A stretch of 64,000 bases of DNA. It comes from an uncultured Clostridia bacterium. Lineage in GTDB: Bacteria; Bacillota; Clostridia; Christensenellales; Borkfalkiaceae. The notes under the pieces were generated by a model. The model was not told the DNA's origin. It saw only the letters and a program-made list of their open reading frames with translations, and ran no database searches. Positions 38,978-47,185 of this stretch are shown in pieces (the stretch's first letter is position 1; each line of letters opens with the position of its first letter). Both the position numbers and the translations under genes were made by a program. The stretch spans positions 58,429 to 122,428 of the forward strand of contig CANQMX010000002.1 of the NCBI GenBank assembly GCA_947625095.1, given 5' to 3'.

Positions 38978-39766
38978 TTATGCCTTTGGCGTGTAGGTCT
39001 TCAACTTGTCGTCCCACACATATTCATCTTCTCCGCCGACGAGTTCAAACGCAAGTTCGTATGCCTCTTTTGAATAGTCGGCGTATGTTTCTGCCGCAAC
39101 TTCCTCTCCCGAATCGTACTCCGCCCAGCCCGTGTAGTGTCCGGTCTGCTCTTCGGCATATTCGTACTGGAATCTATATTGAGGATGCTGCGCCGACCAC
39201 TTTCGCATAAGGGTCCGGACGTCGCTCCAAGCAGTGGAGAAGAACAAAACGTCTCCCTCTATAAGGGTGTCGCAAGCATTCCACTTTGTACCCCAGTGTT
39301 CCACGCTCCAATCGTACCAGTCGATTGCCCCAAATTCCAACACATTGTCCAGCGCTCGTCTGCCGTAGTTAAGTACATCTTCCGCTGTTGCGAACTTGGG
39401 TTCCGAGCCGTCTTTGCTGTGGTTCTTAACGATGTATTCAATCTTTGCCGCCGCATCATCGTCCGGAATAAACACCGACTTCGACGAGAGGCGCAAATGT
39501 TTCGTTTGGCTCTTGAAGTATGCGGGCATATACTTATCCATAAGGCTTTCGTCGTTTTTGATGCTGTTGAGGAAAAGTTTAACGCAATCTTCCGTAATGG
39601 ACCCAGCGATGATGTCCAGTTCTTTGGGCATCGGAAGGATGCTGTTGAAGTCAAACGAAATTTCTTTTCCATTCTTGAAGCAATGGGCGAGTATCAACTC
39701 GTTGCCGGTCATCATCGCTTCGTCTTTTGCTATTACTGTTACTCTGTTATATACATAGTTCGGCAT
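38978..39766 (-). CDS. Hypothetical protein, MPNY/MPNW-start family (possibly DUF1281-like)
   Basis: MPNYVYNRVTVIAKDE... N-terminus; similar start and size to the adjacent gene 39782..40459. Confidence 0.55.
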   Translation of the reverse strand: MPNYVYNRVTVIAKDEAMMTGNELILAHCFKNGKEISFDFNSILPMPKELDIIAGSITEDCVKLFLNSIKNDESLMDKYMPAYFKSQTKHLRLSSKSVFIPDDDAAAKIEYIVKNHSKDGSEPKFATAEDVLNYGRRALDNVLEFGAIDWYDWSVEHWGTKWNACDTLIEGDVLFFSTAWSDVRTLMRKWSAQHPQYRFQYEYAEEQTGHYTGWAEYDSGEEVAAETYADYSKEAYELAFELVGGEDEYVWDDKLKTYTPKA

Positions 39767-39781
39767 TTTACTTATCCTCCT

Positions 39782-40459
39782 TTAACCGAAAAAATCAAAC
39801 GCTGTCGGGTGGACCTCATCAAATCTGTTGATGTCGCACCAATAGCAACCGTCAAAACCTTTACGCTGTGCGTATGCTATAATTCTGTTCTCGACCTCTT
39901 CTGACAACTTGTAAAGATTTGTGGTCTTATGATACTTGAACGGCATATTTTCATCCAGCCAAGCGAATATCTCCTTCTCCGAATGGAACGAGTATTTCTC
40001 TTCAACCGTAACCTCCGTTCCGTCTTTGTCCGGATAGCATATATCCACGCAGAAATCGTCTTGATAAAAGCAATCTTCCTCATCCCATTTGCAATATACC
40101 GCACACCCGCTTTCTTCTGAAATATACGCTACCTTTACTCCGGGATAAAAACTTTTTGCAATTTCGTACCAAAGTCTAACCTTTGGACTCCAAGCCGTAA
40201 GCGTCAGTATTGAGAAATACCAAAAGCCTTGCTTTTCCTTGACCCCTTCCGCCTCTTCAACACTACCCCTGCACTCTATATCTTCCGGGCGATATTCAGG
40301 GAAAAAAGCCGCCACGAAATCACCCATCCATCCGTTGCCGAAGCCGTTCGGTACGGACGCCGGTCCATCATAGATGTTGACGAACTTTCTGTGCATTTCC
40401 TCGATGACCTCCTTGTTTGGGGAATAAAAAGTCACCGAACTCGAACACCAATTAGGCAT
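39782..40459 (-). CDS. Hypothetical protein, MPNY/MPNW-start family (possibly DUF1281-like)
   Basis: Start moved to ATG 40457-40459 (MPNWCSSSVTFYSP) behind GGAGG. Confidence 0.55.
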   Translation of the reverse strand: MPNWCSSSVTFYSPNKEVIEEMHRKFVNIYDGPASVPNGFGNGWMGDFVAAFFPEYRPEDIECRGSVEEAEGVKEKQGFWYFSILTLTAWSPKVRLWYEIAKSFYPGVKVAYISEESGCAVYCKWDEEDCFYQDDFCVDICYPDKDGTEVTVEEKYSFHSEKEIFAWLDENMPFKYHKTTNLYKLSEEVENRIIAYAQRKGFDGCYWCDINRFDEVHPTAFDFFG

Positions 40460-40466
40460 ATCCCAT

Positions 40467-41051
40467 TTACCTCCTATTTGCGTAATCTGTAAATTCCGCT
40501 CTGTGTACAAACAGGCAGTAGTAATCTCCGCCATCGTCTCGGAACTCTACCTGCGGAAGCCCGTCTGTAAGTCTCGTTCTCTCCTCTCCGGTGATGTCTT
40601 TCAAAAAGAAATTATCATCTTTGAGTAAACTGTCTTTTTCTTGCTCGTATCTGGCGAGCGCCTCATCTTTGTCGGTTGTGCGCAGATAGACAATTTCTTC
40701 GACTTCCCCGTCGCACCTGCTCTCTTCTTTTACTATGTAGATATTGCGCTCTACCTTCGAGGTACCGCCGCAATTTTTTACTCCCTCAAATATAACCTCG
40801 CCCTCAAACAAGGCTGCTTGATATATCTCACAGGAGTCTTCGCTCGTGTACTCATTTTCCAGCCAATGCGTAAGTTCGTCATCCTTTACGAGCCTATAAG
40901 GGTGATTGCTATTCTCGGTCAAGTAGTCAATGAGCCACTCCTTTCTGACGGCGAAGATGTAATCGACGTCCTCTGAAAACTCGGTGCCGACAATGAGGTT
41001 TCCATTAACCAAAAGCACCTTGATGTCTTCATACAACAAATTTCTGTCCAT
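40467..41051 (-). CDS. Hypothetical protein (194 aa)
   Basis: Start moved to ATG 41049-41051 (MDRNLLYED). Confidence 0.6.
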   Translation of the reverse strand: MDRNLLYEDIKVLLVNGNLIVGTEFSEDVDYIFAVRKEWLIDYLTENSNHPYRLVKDDELTHWLENEYTSEDSCEIYQAALFEGEVIFEGVKNCGGTSKVERNIYIVKEESRCDGEVEEIVYLRTTDKDEALARYEQEKDSLLKDDNFFLKDITGEERTRLTDGLPQVEFRDDGGDYYCLFVHRAEFTDYANRR

Positions 41052-41061
41052 AGTCCTCTCC

Positions 41062-41199
41062 TTATTTTTTCTTGAACATCCACGACTCGTTGTGCTTGGC
41101 AAGTTTCTTTTCTGCCTTGAACAACAAGATTACGAGCGAAACGATTGCAACAACTGCTATCGAAAGCCCAACAACATTTGCTATAAGCAACGCCTTCAT
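41062..41199 (-). CDS. Possible single-pass membrane peptide (45 aa)
   Basis: Hand translation MKALLIANVVGLSIAVVAIVSLVILLFKAEKKLAKHNESWMFKKK; ATGA overlap with the upstream stop; below the track cutoff. Confidence 0.45.
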   Translation of the reverse strand: MKALLIANVVGLSIAVVAIVSLVILLFKAEKKLAKHNESWMFKKK

Positions 41200-41387
41200 A
41201 GTAAAACCTCCTTTTTAACTCTTTTTTTGACTATCCTTAATGGAATATGTTCGTTCTCCGCATAGGCCTTTAACTGTGCCTTTGCGGCCTTGTGGGTATC
41301 CTCGGAGAGGATGTCATCCCACCCGCTCTCGTCGCTGTAACGACCTTGCAAAACATATACGTCATCCGTCTTTCTTTGATAATCCAT
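41196..41387 (-). CDS. Hypothetical protein (63 aa)
   Basis: Track ORF. Confidence 0.5.
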   Translation of the reverse strand: MDYQRKTDDVYVLQGRYSDESGWDDILSEDTHKAAKAQLKAYAENEHIPLRIVKKRVKKEVLL

Positions 41388-41397
41388 CTTCCCGTCC

Positions 41398-41919
41398 TCA
41401 AAAATTGTAGTCGTAGTATTCGTGGCGCCCGTTTCTGATTTGACAGCCCTTGTAAACGAACATCCCTTTCTTTTCGCTCCACCTGCACTTCAAAACCTCA
41501 CCGTTCGGGTCTCGTTCGTAAGACCACTTTTGTTCGTCTTGATTTGTGCAGTGGGCCGCAAAGCCTCCGGGGATAAACTCCGGCTTGAAATCCGGAGACA
41601 GCGTGGCCTTATCTCTTTGAATGGTTATCGTCTTCGCCGTCTTCGCAATTACTGTATAGGCGTGAGCGTCGCTGTAAAGACACAGCGTAACTCCATCCCC
41701 AACTTCTACCTCTCTGCGCTCTTCCGTCCAAATCTGGCACTTTAAGCGGTCCATCTTATCACTCGCAGCACTACCATAAACACGCCAATACTCGTTGAGC
41801 AGTTTATCGTAGTTGGAGCCGTCCTCCGAACATTTGGAGCGGACCATCTTTTGGAGCATCTCATTGTTTTCCTCTTTGAGATTTTTGAGCATAATCTTTA
41901 ACTCTTCACTGCGTTTCAT
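41398..41919 (-). CDS. Hypothetical protein (173 aa)
   Basis: Track ORF. Confidence 0.6.
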   Translation of the reverse strand: MKRSEELKIMLKNLKEENNEMLQKMVRSKCSEDGSNYDKLLNEYWRVYGSAASDKMDRLKCQIWTEERREVEVGDGVTLCLYSDAHAYTVIAKTAKTITIQRDKATLSPDFKPEFIPGGFAAHCTNQDEQKWSYERDPNGEVLKCRWSEKKGMFVYKGCQIRNGRHEYYDYNF

Positions 41920-42239
41920 TATTCAGCCCCCATCAAATCCTCGACCGTTGCGCTATCTCCAATATAGATGTCTCTCTCAATTCCGAGACCGTAGCGCCCA
42001 CGATGATTCTGCAAATCCGAAAGCATTATGTATCCCCATTCCCACTCGTAAATGTGGCAATATCCAAACAGCATCCAGTCTCCGTTCTCTTGTTTCTCTG
42101 CCTCTGTAATGAGCCACGTCCCTGCACCCGTAGGGTTAAAATACTTGACGAGGACTGTCGCCTTGACCCCCTTGCCGTCTTGGGAATACAGTGGATGTCT
42201 CTCAAACTTCTTTTCGATTGACTTTGTAAGTAACTTCAT
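41919..42239 (-). CDS. DUF2958-like protein
   Basis: MKLLTKSIEKKFERHPLYSQDGKGVKATVLVKYFNPTGAGTWLITEAE matches my recollection of the DUF2958 N-terminal pattern (PLYSQ...KFF.P...WTWY.TE). Confidence 0.6.
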   Translation of the reverse strand: MKLLTKSIEKKFERHPLYSQDGKGVKATVLVKYFNPTGAGTWLITEAEKQENGDWMLFGYCHIYEWEWGYIMLSDLQNHRGRYGLGIERDIYIGDSATVEDLMGAE

Positions 42240-42252
42240 AACCTTCCCTCCA

Positions 42253-42669
42253 TTAAACGTCCAGCCCGAACGCCTCTGCAACTTTCCATAGATTGCCGCC
42301 AAGATGTCCGACCTTAAACCAGCGTGTAAATCTCTTACCCGTGCAATCGTACTCTGAATAGATTCGAGTAGCGCACTCGTCGTAGAGATAATCTAAAACC
42401 TCTTGTTTGGTGCCGTCGAACTCTAATGGGTCAGCATAGATAACAACGCAACCCTCGCCATCCGAGTCATAGATAATCGTGTCTTTGGGCTTATTTTCGG
42501 AAAGTCTGCGCAACTTTTCACGCAATTCTTGAATCCGGCCCGTTGCAGACCACCTGTCGAGAATTTCTCTGCGTTCGTTTCCGGTCTTTCCCATCAGTTG
42601 ACTGTGACGAAGGGCAAACATTACTCTTAAAAACCCGTCGTAGTTTCTGTTGGGCGTGCAAACGTTCAT
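42253..42669 (-). CDS. Hypothetical protein (138 aa), first gene of accessory operon 2
   Basis: Start moved to ATG 42667-42669 (MNVCTPN) behind GAGGAGG; the track TTG start lies in the repeated palindrome. Confidence 0.6.
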   Translation of the reverse strand: MNVCTPNRNYDGFLRVMFALRHSQLMGKTGNERREILDRWSATGRIQELREKLRRLSENKPKDTIIYDSDGEGCVVIYADPLEFDGTKQEVLDYLYDECATRIYSEYDCTGKRFTRWFKVGHLGGNLWKVAEAFGLDV

Positions 42670-42684
42670 ACCAGCCTCCTCTAT

Positions 42685-42778
42685 CTTGCAAATCTGCAAG
42701 TTTTATTTTATGCTTTTATTATATCTTACAGAACTGTAATTGTAAAGCGTTTTTATGCCTTTTCGTGAAATTTTTTTG
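42685..42778 (-). promoter_or_regulatory. Repeated promoter-operator module P2
   Basis: Minus strand TTTACA (42741-42746)-17 nt-TATAAT (42718-42723); perfect palindrome TTACAGTTCTGTAA (42726-42739) in the spacer; CTTGCAGATTTGCAAG palindrome downstream. Confidence 0.75.
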
Positions 42779-42845
42779 GAATTTTATTTTTTTCATTATT
42801 GCGTGTATCGTTTGTGTGCGCCTTATGCCCTCGCTCGAATGAATA

Positions 42846-42867
42846 CGCCCGCCACACAGGGCGGGCG
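42846..42867 (-). other. GC-rich hairpin 16 nt downstream of the VR2 stop (DGR target-recognition hairpin and/or terminator)
   Basis: Minus strand CGCCCGCC-CTGTGT-GGCGGGCG; same loop and similar spacing as the hairpin after VR1 (51658-51683). Confidence 0.6.
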
Positions 42868-42883
42868 ATTCTTGGAGTAGAGA

Positions 42884-43693
42884 TTATACGCAAAAGCCGA
42901 GGCACACGCCGTTCGAGTTGTCAGCGCCGTCGCCGTCGACGTAGCCACCGCCGTAGACGTAGAGGAAGTAGTAGGAATCGTCAACGCGAGGAGAACGGAG
43001 CCACCAGTAGCCAGTGGAGCCACCAGACCTGCGCTTGATGCGATTATTCTCGTCGTCTTCAAAATATGCGTACTGCGCTCCCTCATCCGCTACGTCGTCA
43101 CCATCCAGCCCGCACACCTCCGATTCGGAGAAAAGGAACAGCTTGTCCACTGTGGTTCCGACTTCTCGTGAGCCGCCGCCAATCGTTGTGGTTTTTTCGA
43201 CCTGCTTGATGACGGCCTTTGCCGCATCTGGTAGCAATCTGTACAGCCTCTCCATATAGACCGTGCGCATCTTCGAGTCTTTCCATCCGCCCTCGTTGGA
43301 CCATACCTCGTTCATCTCGTACCAACCGTCGATAATCCCCTTGAACCCGAACGTGATACCGGCACGATTTGACGTTCTCGCAATCCTATCGTGGTTGAAC
43401 CCAAGGATTACGAGTTTCACCACCTCTCCGGTGAGCAATTCGACGTCTTTTTCTTGCCCGACCCAGAAGTGTTTTTGCGCACACCCGGACTCGGCAATTC
43501 TTGCAATTTCCGCCCAACTCATATTGTTGAGCGAGTCCACGTCTTGCGAAACGTGGTAGTTGTGCAGAGCCGCAAATACCGGACAACTGCTCTCGCACCC
43601 AAGGCTTTTTAACTTTGGGCATAAGCAGTTGGTCCTGCACAATTCGTCTTCCGCCATCTTTCTGGCTCTTTCGTTCATCTTTGTTTCATTCAT
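42884..43693 (-). CDS. Second DGR target protein (269 aa), non-structural context
   Basis: Start ATG 43691-43693 behind AGGAGG; C-terminal about 200 aa homologous to the C-terminus of fibre 51698..53311 (ILGF.HD...GITFG...NEGGW..S.MR...); ends ...WWLRSPRVDDSYYFLYVYGGGYVDGDGADNSNGVCLGFCV, encoded by VR2. Confidence 0.85.
   Translation of the reverse strand: MNETKMNERARKMAEDELCRTNCLCPKLKSLGCESSCPVFAALHNYHVSQDVDSLNNMSWAEIARIAESGCAQKHFWVGQEKDVELLTGEVVKLVILGFNHDRIARTSNRAGITFGFKGIIDGWYEMNEVWSNEGGWKDSKMRTVYMERLYRLLPDAAKAVIKQVEKTTTIGGGSREVGTTVDKLFLFSESEVCGLDGDDVADEGAQYAYFEDDENNRIKRRSGGSTGYWWLRSPRVDDSYYFLYVYGGGYVDGDGADNSNGVCLGFCV
42890..43024 (-). repeat. DGR variable repeat VR2
   Basis: 135 bp aligned by hand to TR 50682-50816 without gaps: 18 mismatches, all where the TR coding strand has A. 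Confidence 0.9.
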
Positions 43694-43710
43694 ATATTTA
43701 ATCCTCCTAT

Positions 43711-43926
43711 TTAATCTTCGTAATCGTCCTCTCCCGCATAGGAAACCGACGTGATTTTGAGTCCCTCGTAGTCCACTGCGCACAGTAGCCTGTCTATAAG
43801 TTCGCTACGAGGCATTTGCTCAATTTCTTTTTCTGCAATCTCCATCGCCTCTTTTTTGCTGCTTGCCGAAATGGAGAAAACAGCATCTGCAACCGGTCTG
43901 AAATTTACGTCATATATCTTTTTCAT
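43711..43926 (-). CDS. Hypothetical protein (71 aa)
   Basis: Track ORF. Confidence 0.55.
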   Translation of the reverse strand: MKKIYDVNFRPVADAVFSISASSKKEAMEIAEKEIEQMPRSELIDRLLCAVDYEGLKITSVSYAGEDDYED

Positions 43927-43939
43927 ATACCCGCCTCTC

Positions 43940-44374
43940 TCACACGCAGTAATACGAGCCGTACTTCTTCAAAGCCTTGTTGAGTCCGGCTCTCAAAGCC
44001 TTGTTTTCAAGGACCTCTTCGAGCGTATATCCGCACGCATCAAGCGTATCTTCAAGTTCTTCCGTGTACCCGAACTCGTGATTGGCTAACTCGTAACTCC
44101 ACATTTGGTAGATGTACTTGCTGCCCGTCTTATCCGCCAGCACGGCCGCCTTGCGCTCCTCTTCTTGTCTTTCCATCATCTCGTGGAAGGCATCGGCGTC
44201 TGTCCTTTTGATGTAACCGCCTCCACCTATGGAGAATATCTTGTCCGTGTCGTTCACTGTCAGCCCGAACTTTTCCATCATTTTTTCAAACTGGTCTTGC
44301 GAAAATGCAAATCCGAACGGAAATTCGTTGACTTCTTTCTGGTGCTTTTCTTTCAACGCTATGTATTCGTTCAT
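43940..44374 (-). CDS. Hypothetical protein (144 aa)
   Basis: Track ORF. Confidence 0.6.
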   Translation of the reverse strand: MNEYIALKEKHQKEVNEFPFGFAFSQDQFEKMMEKFGLTVNDTDKIFSIGGGGYIKRTDADAFHEMMERQEEERKAAVLADKTGSKYIYQMWSYELANHEFGYTEELEDTLDACGYTLEEVLENKALRAGLNKALKKYGSYYCV

Positions 44375-44583
44375 CTTACTTCCTCCCCGTAGATGTTATA
44401 ATATTTGATAGGCCCCGCACCGACCTCCGGTTCAACGTGGATACACGAGTATGTGAGAACTGTAACTCCTTTCTTCTGGCGGAGTCCAAGCGCATATTTG
44501 CTTGCCTTTTCTACTGACCGAAACCGTTTCTTCTTCATTCCCTTGCTTTCTTTCCAAAAGTAGAGCCACACCGTCATACGCAC
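44371..44583 (-). CDS. Hypothetical protein (about 70 aa)
   Basis: Track ORF; start uncertain (ATG 44577 alternative). Confidence 0.5.
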   Translation of the reverse strand: MRMTVWLYFWKESKGMKKKRFRSVEKASKYALGLRQKKGVTVLTYSCIHVEPEVGAGPIKYYNIYGEEVR

Positions 44584-44858
44584 CCCCTCGCTCCTCTGTC
44601 GAGGACCTCTCTTACTTTCTCGCTGTAATGATATGAGGCATCAAACGGATGAAACAGAAGAGCCTTAATAAACTCCTCGTCCGGAGTAGTGCTTTGCCAG
44701 CCGTCGATGTTCTCCCCGAACCCGTTTGCTCTATCGCCAACCCTTTCAATTTGGTCGGCAAAATCAATCATCTTTTCTCCGTTCAAGTAAACTTCTGCAA
44801 CTCCCTGCGTTACTGAATACCGCTTACGCTTTACCTCAAATACATATTTCATACACAC
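44574..44858 (-). CDS. Hypothetical protein (94 aa)
   Basis: Track ORF. Confidence 0.55.
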   Translation of the reverse strand: MCMKYVFEVKRKRYSVTQGVAEVYLNGEKMIDFADQIERVGDRANGFGENIDGWQSTTPDEEFIKALLFHPFDASYHYSEKVREVLDRGARGCV

Positions 44859-44859
44859 C

Positions 44860-45357
44860 TCACTCTATACAAAAGTCAGACAGACTTCTATATTCCCTCA
44901 CTTCGTTGACAACTCCGTCTTTGAGGGCTTTGCGCATAATCTCAAAGATGTCTTCTCCGTGAGAAACGGCAACTTTCCCGAACCCGGACTTGACTTCTGT
45001 ATAAGAAACCAAGTATGTCGGACCCTCTTTCGAGTAACGTTTGAACCTCTTTTCGAGGTCTTGCAGGTCAATGAGTTCGGCAAAAAACAATTCGTCGTCC
45101 GGAATTATTTGCGAATAATCCTCTCCGAGCGGATAACGTGTAAAGTATTCCTTTACTGCTGCTTTCAGCGCTTCTTCGACTTCCGCTCTGCCTTCGCCTG
45201 CAAAGTAAAAGTCAATGTCTGCGCAGCCGCCATTTCCGTCGTTGTTATACCACCCGACTTTCTTGCCTTTATAGTAGATGCTGCCTTGACAGCCATCCCA
45301 CTCCCGGCCCTTAAAAGTCTTGATGTTTCTGATTTCAAACCCATAAATTGACGCCAT
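44860..45357 (-). CDS. Hypothetical protein (165 aa)
   Basis: Track ORF. Confidence 0.6.
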   Translation of the reverse strand: MASIYGFEIRNIKTFKGREWDGCQGSIYYKGKKVGWYNNDGNGGCADIDFYFAGEGRAEVEEALKAAVKEYFTRYPLGEDYSQIIPDDELFFAELIDLQDLEKRFKRYSKEGPTYLVSYTEVKSGFGKVAVSHGEDIFEIMRKALKDGVVNEVREYRSLSDFCIE

Positions 45358-45372
45358 CTTATATACCTCCGT

Positions 45373-45570
45373 TTAATATATCCACATTATCAGCCAGTCC
45401 ACCTTTTCGAGGTGCGCTCTCTTAATGCCGATTTTTTCCTTAAATGCCTTGAACGCAGATTTCAGCGTGTGAAACATAAACCGCATTTCATATCCGAACC
45501 ACTCCAAGTGCTTGCCCTCGTATCTCATCTTGATTATCCCGTTCTTGACTTGGTAGAAAACTGTATCCAT
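45373..45570 (-). CDS. Hypothetical protein (65 aa)
   Basis: Track ORF. Confidence 0.5.
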   Translation of the reverse strand: MDTVFYQVKNGIIKMRYEGKHLEWFGYEMRFMFHTLKSAFKAFKEKIGIKRAHLEKVDWLIMWIY

Positions 45571-45579
45571 AGTCCCTCC

Positions 45580-45909
45580 TCAATCTTGCAACTCGCAGAC
45601 TTTCTTGTAGTCAACAATCTTGCCAAACTCGTTAACCTGCTGCATACAGGTCTCTACCGTGCAGGGCGTAAGGGTTATGCGCTCTCCGTCATAAACGTAC
45701 TTTCTCGAACAGTTATACTTCCTGCTGGGGACTCTTACGTCCTTTCCTTCGCAGATGGACATAACTCTGTCCCACACTCCGCCGGTCCATTGACTGCCCC
45801 TAAAAACTTTAAGGGCAATACCGTCTATCCAGTTATACAAATCTACCGAATATCCCTCATCTATGTATCTATTTGCGGCATCCACTATCCTCTTTATCTC
45901 ATTTGACAT
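45580..45909 (-). CDS. Hypothetical protein (109 aa)
   Basis: Track ORF. Confidence 0.55.
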   Translation of the reverse strand: MSNEIKRIVDAANRYIDEGYSVDLYNWIDGIALKVFRGSQWTGGVWDRVMSICEGKDVRVPSRKYNCSRKYVYDGERITLTPCTVETCMQQVNEFGKIVDYKKVCELQD

Positions 45910-46162
45910 TGCTGTATCCCTCCAATCTTTTCTTGTCTTTTCTTACTTTGCGGAACTCCAAGCCCCACATCTCCGATATGAAGCCGATAACCTCATCCGC
46001 CGGAAGTTCTGCGAGCGTCTCGGCCAGTCCATCGTTGTCGTCCATATCCGCCCACTCCATTGCCTGTTCTCTCCACTGCTCAACGGTGTAGTCTCGGTAC
46101 ATCCCGAACTCTCCACCCTGCAAGTCTCTCGAAACTCTATATCTTATTTCCTTATCCATCAT
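45899..46162 (-). CDS. Hypothetical protein (87 aa)
   Basis: Start moved to the ATG that overlaps the upstream stop as ATGA. Confidence 0.5.
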   Translation of the reverse strand: MMDKEIRYRVSRDLQGGEFGMYRDYTVEQWREQAMEWADMDDNDGLAETLAELPADEVIGFISEMWGLEFRKVRKDKKRLEGYSNVK

Positions 46163-46557
46163 TGCTCCTCCGACCACCCTATAAGGGTTAACTCGTAATC
46201 TCTAACCTCCTTCTCGGTAAGCAACCTTGAATAGACAAGGATGTCGTGGAAGTTGCTCGTGAGGCTATCCTCTCTTCTTATCAATCCTTCCATTGGCTGA
46301 CATCCGGGAGAAAACCCCCTCAACCTCATTCCGTATGTATAGGTAACTGCCTTCTTCTCTCCCGCCAAAACATCGAAGTCGATTATATCCGCAGAGGGCT
46401 TGTTGTCCGCCCTCAATCTGCGAATCTGCTCGACCTCGTTGGGGAATTGGCAAACCCCGCCGAAAAACTTCTCGCAAAATGCCGCAATCGAATGGAACTT
46501 TGAGGTTCCATATACCGAGTACGAGCCGTCTTGATAAATAATCTGGTATCGTGTCAT
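46159..46557 (-). CDS. Hypothetical protein (132 aa)
   Basis: Track ORF; C-terminal YGMRLRGFSPGCQP...ILVYSRLLTEKEVRDYEL motif noted but not assigned. Confidence 0.6.
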   Translation of the reverse strand: MTRYQIIYQDGSYSVYGTSKFHSIAAFCEKFFGGVCQFPNEVEQIRRLRADNKPSADIIDFDVLAGEKKAVTYTYGMRLRGFSPGCQPMEGLIRREDSLTSNFHDILVYSRLLTEKEVRDYELTLIGWSEEQ

Positions 46558-46571
46558 ATCTTCTTACCTCC

Positions 46572-46916
46572 TTAATCTCTCGTAAGCAAGTCGTAGAGTT
46601 CTTGCGTTTCCTGTCTGTCGTGAATGGGAAGCGGATGTCCTGCAAGTTCGCTGAATCTTCCATCGCTCGAATAGGCAATGTTTCCACCAAACATCCATCC
46701 CAGATGTTCCGGCCTTGCTATCGGCTCCAAGAACTTATAACCGTTCCTGTCGCAAACCTTGACCAAGTTTTCCGGCGGATTGCTTTCGTCGATTTTTATG
46801 TGGCCATCTTCGCACACCAAGAGGAGTTGCTCGTATCTGCTGCTTATTCCTCCGTTGGTGCAATCGCAATCTCCGTTGCCCTTTGCTACATACACTTTAA
46901 TGGGTAATGCCTTCAT
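46572..46916 (-). CDS. Hypothetical protein (114 aa), first gene of accessory operon 3
   Basis: Track ORF; ATG preceded by GGAGGTT. Confidence 0.6.
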   Translation of the reverse strand: MKALPIKVYVAKGNGDCDCTNGGISSRYEQLLLVCEDGHIKIDESNPPENLVKVCDRNGYKFLEPIARPEHLGWMFGGNIAYSSDGRFSELAGHPLPIHDRQETQELYDLLTRD

Positions 46917-46927
46917 TGTGAACCTCC

Positions 46928-47036
46928 AAATCTCTTACTGAATGGTAAGATTTATTTTGTACTCCTATTATATCGTACAGAACTGTAAGTTGTAAAGCGT
47001 TTTTAAGCCTTTTTATGAAATTTTTTATTTTTTTTG
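46928..47036 (-). promoter_or_regulatory. Repeated promoter-operator module P3 (diverged copy)
   Basis: Minus strand TTTACA (46991-46996)-18 nt-TATAAT (46967-46972); TACAGTTCTGTA palindrome in the spacer; downstream inverted repeat tcttac/gtaaga; upstream A/T tract. Confidence 0.7.
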
Positions 47037-47062
47037 TTTTTGTAACGATTTTATGTATTTCT

Positions 47063-47185
47063 GGTTCGGAAATGACTGTTGAGCGGTATTTATCACAACA
47101 TAAATACCGTTGATGACAAAATATCGGTTCGGAAACTATCAAAGTAAAGTAGAGTAAAGAAAAGTATAGCAAAGTAAAGAAAAGC
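47063..47185. repeat. Non-coding region with direct and inverted short repeats (iteron-like)
   Basis: ggttcggaaa at 47063 and 47116; cggtatttat/ataaataccg inverted repeat (47084-47109); agtaaag x3 and aaagaaaag x2 between 47142 and 47184. Confidence 0.5.

Noticed and set aside
42799-43086. ORFs 42799..43038 (+) and 42823..43086 (-) overlapping VR2, plus 51691..51903 (-) over VR1 and 50761..50946 (+) over the TR
   Set aside because: They are alternative frames of the DGR repeats. The in-frame target ORFs have clear homology to each other and end exactly at the VR.
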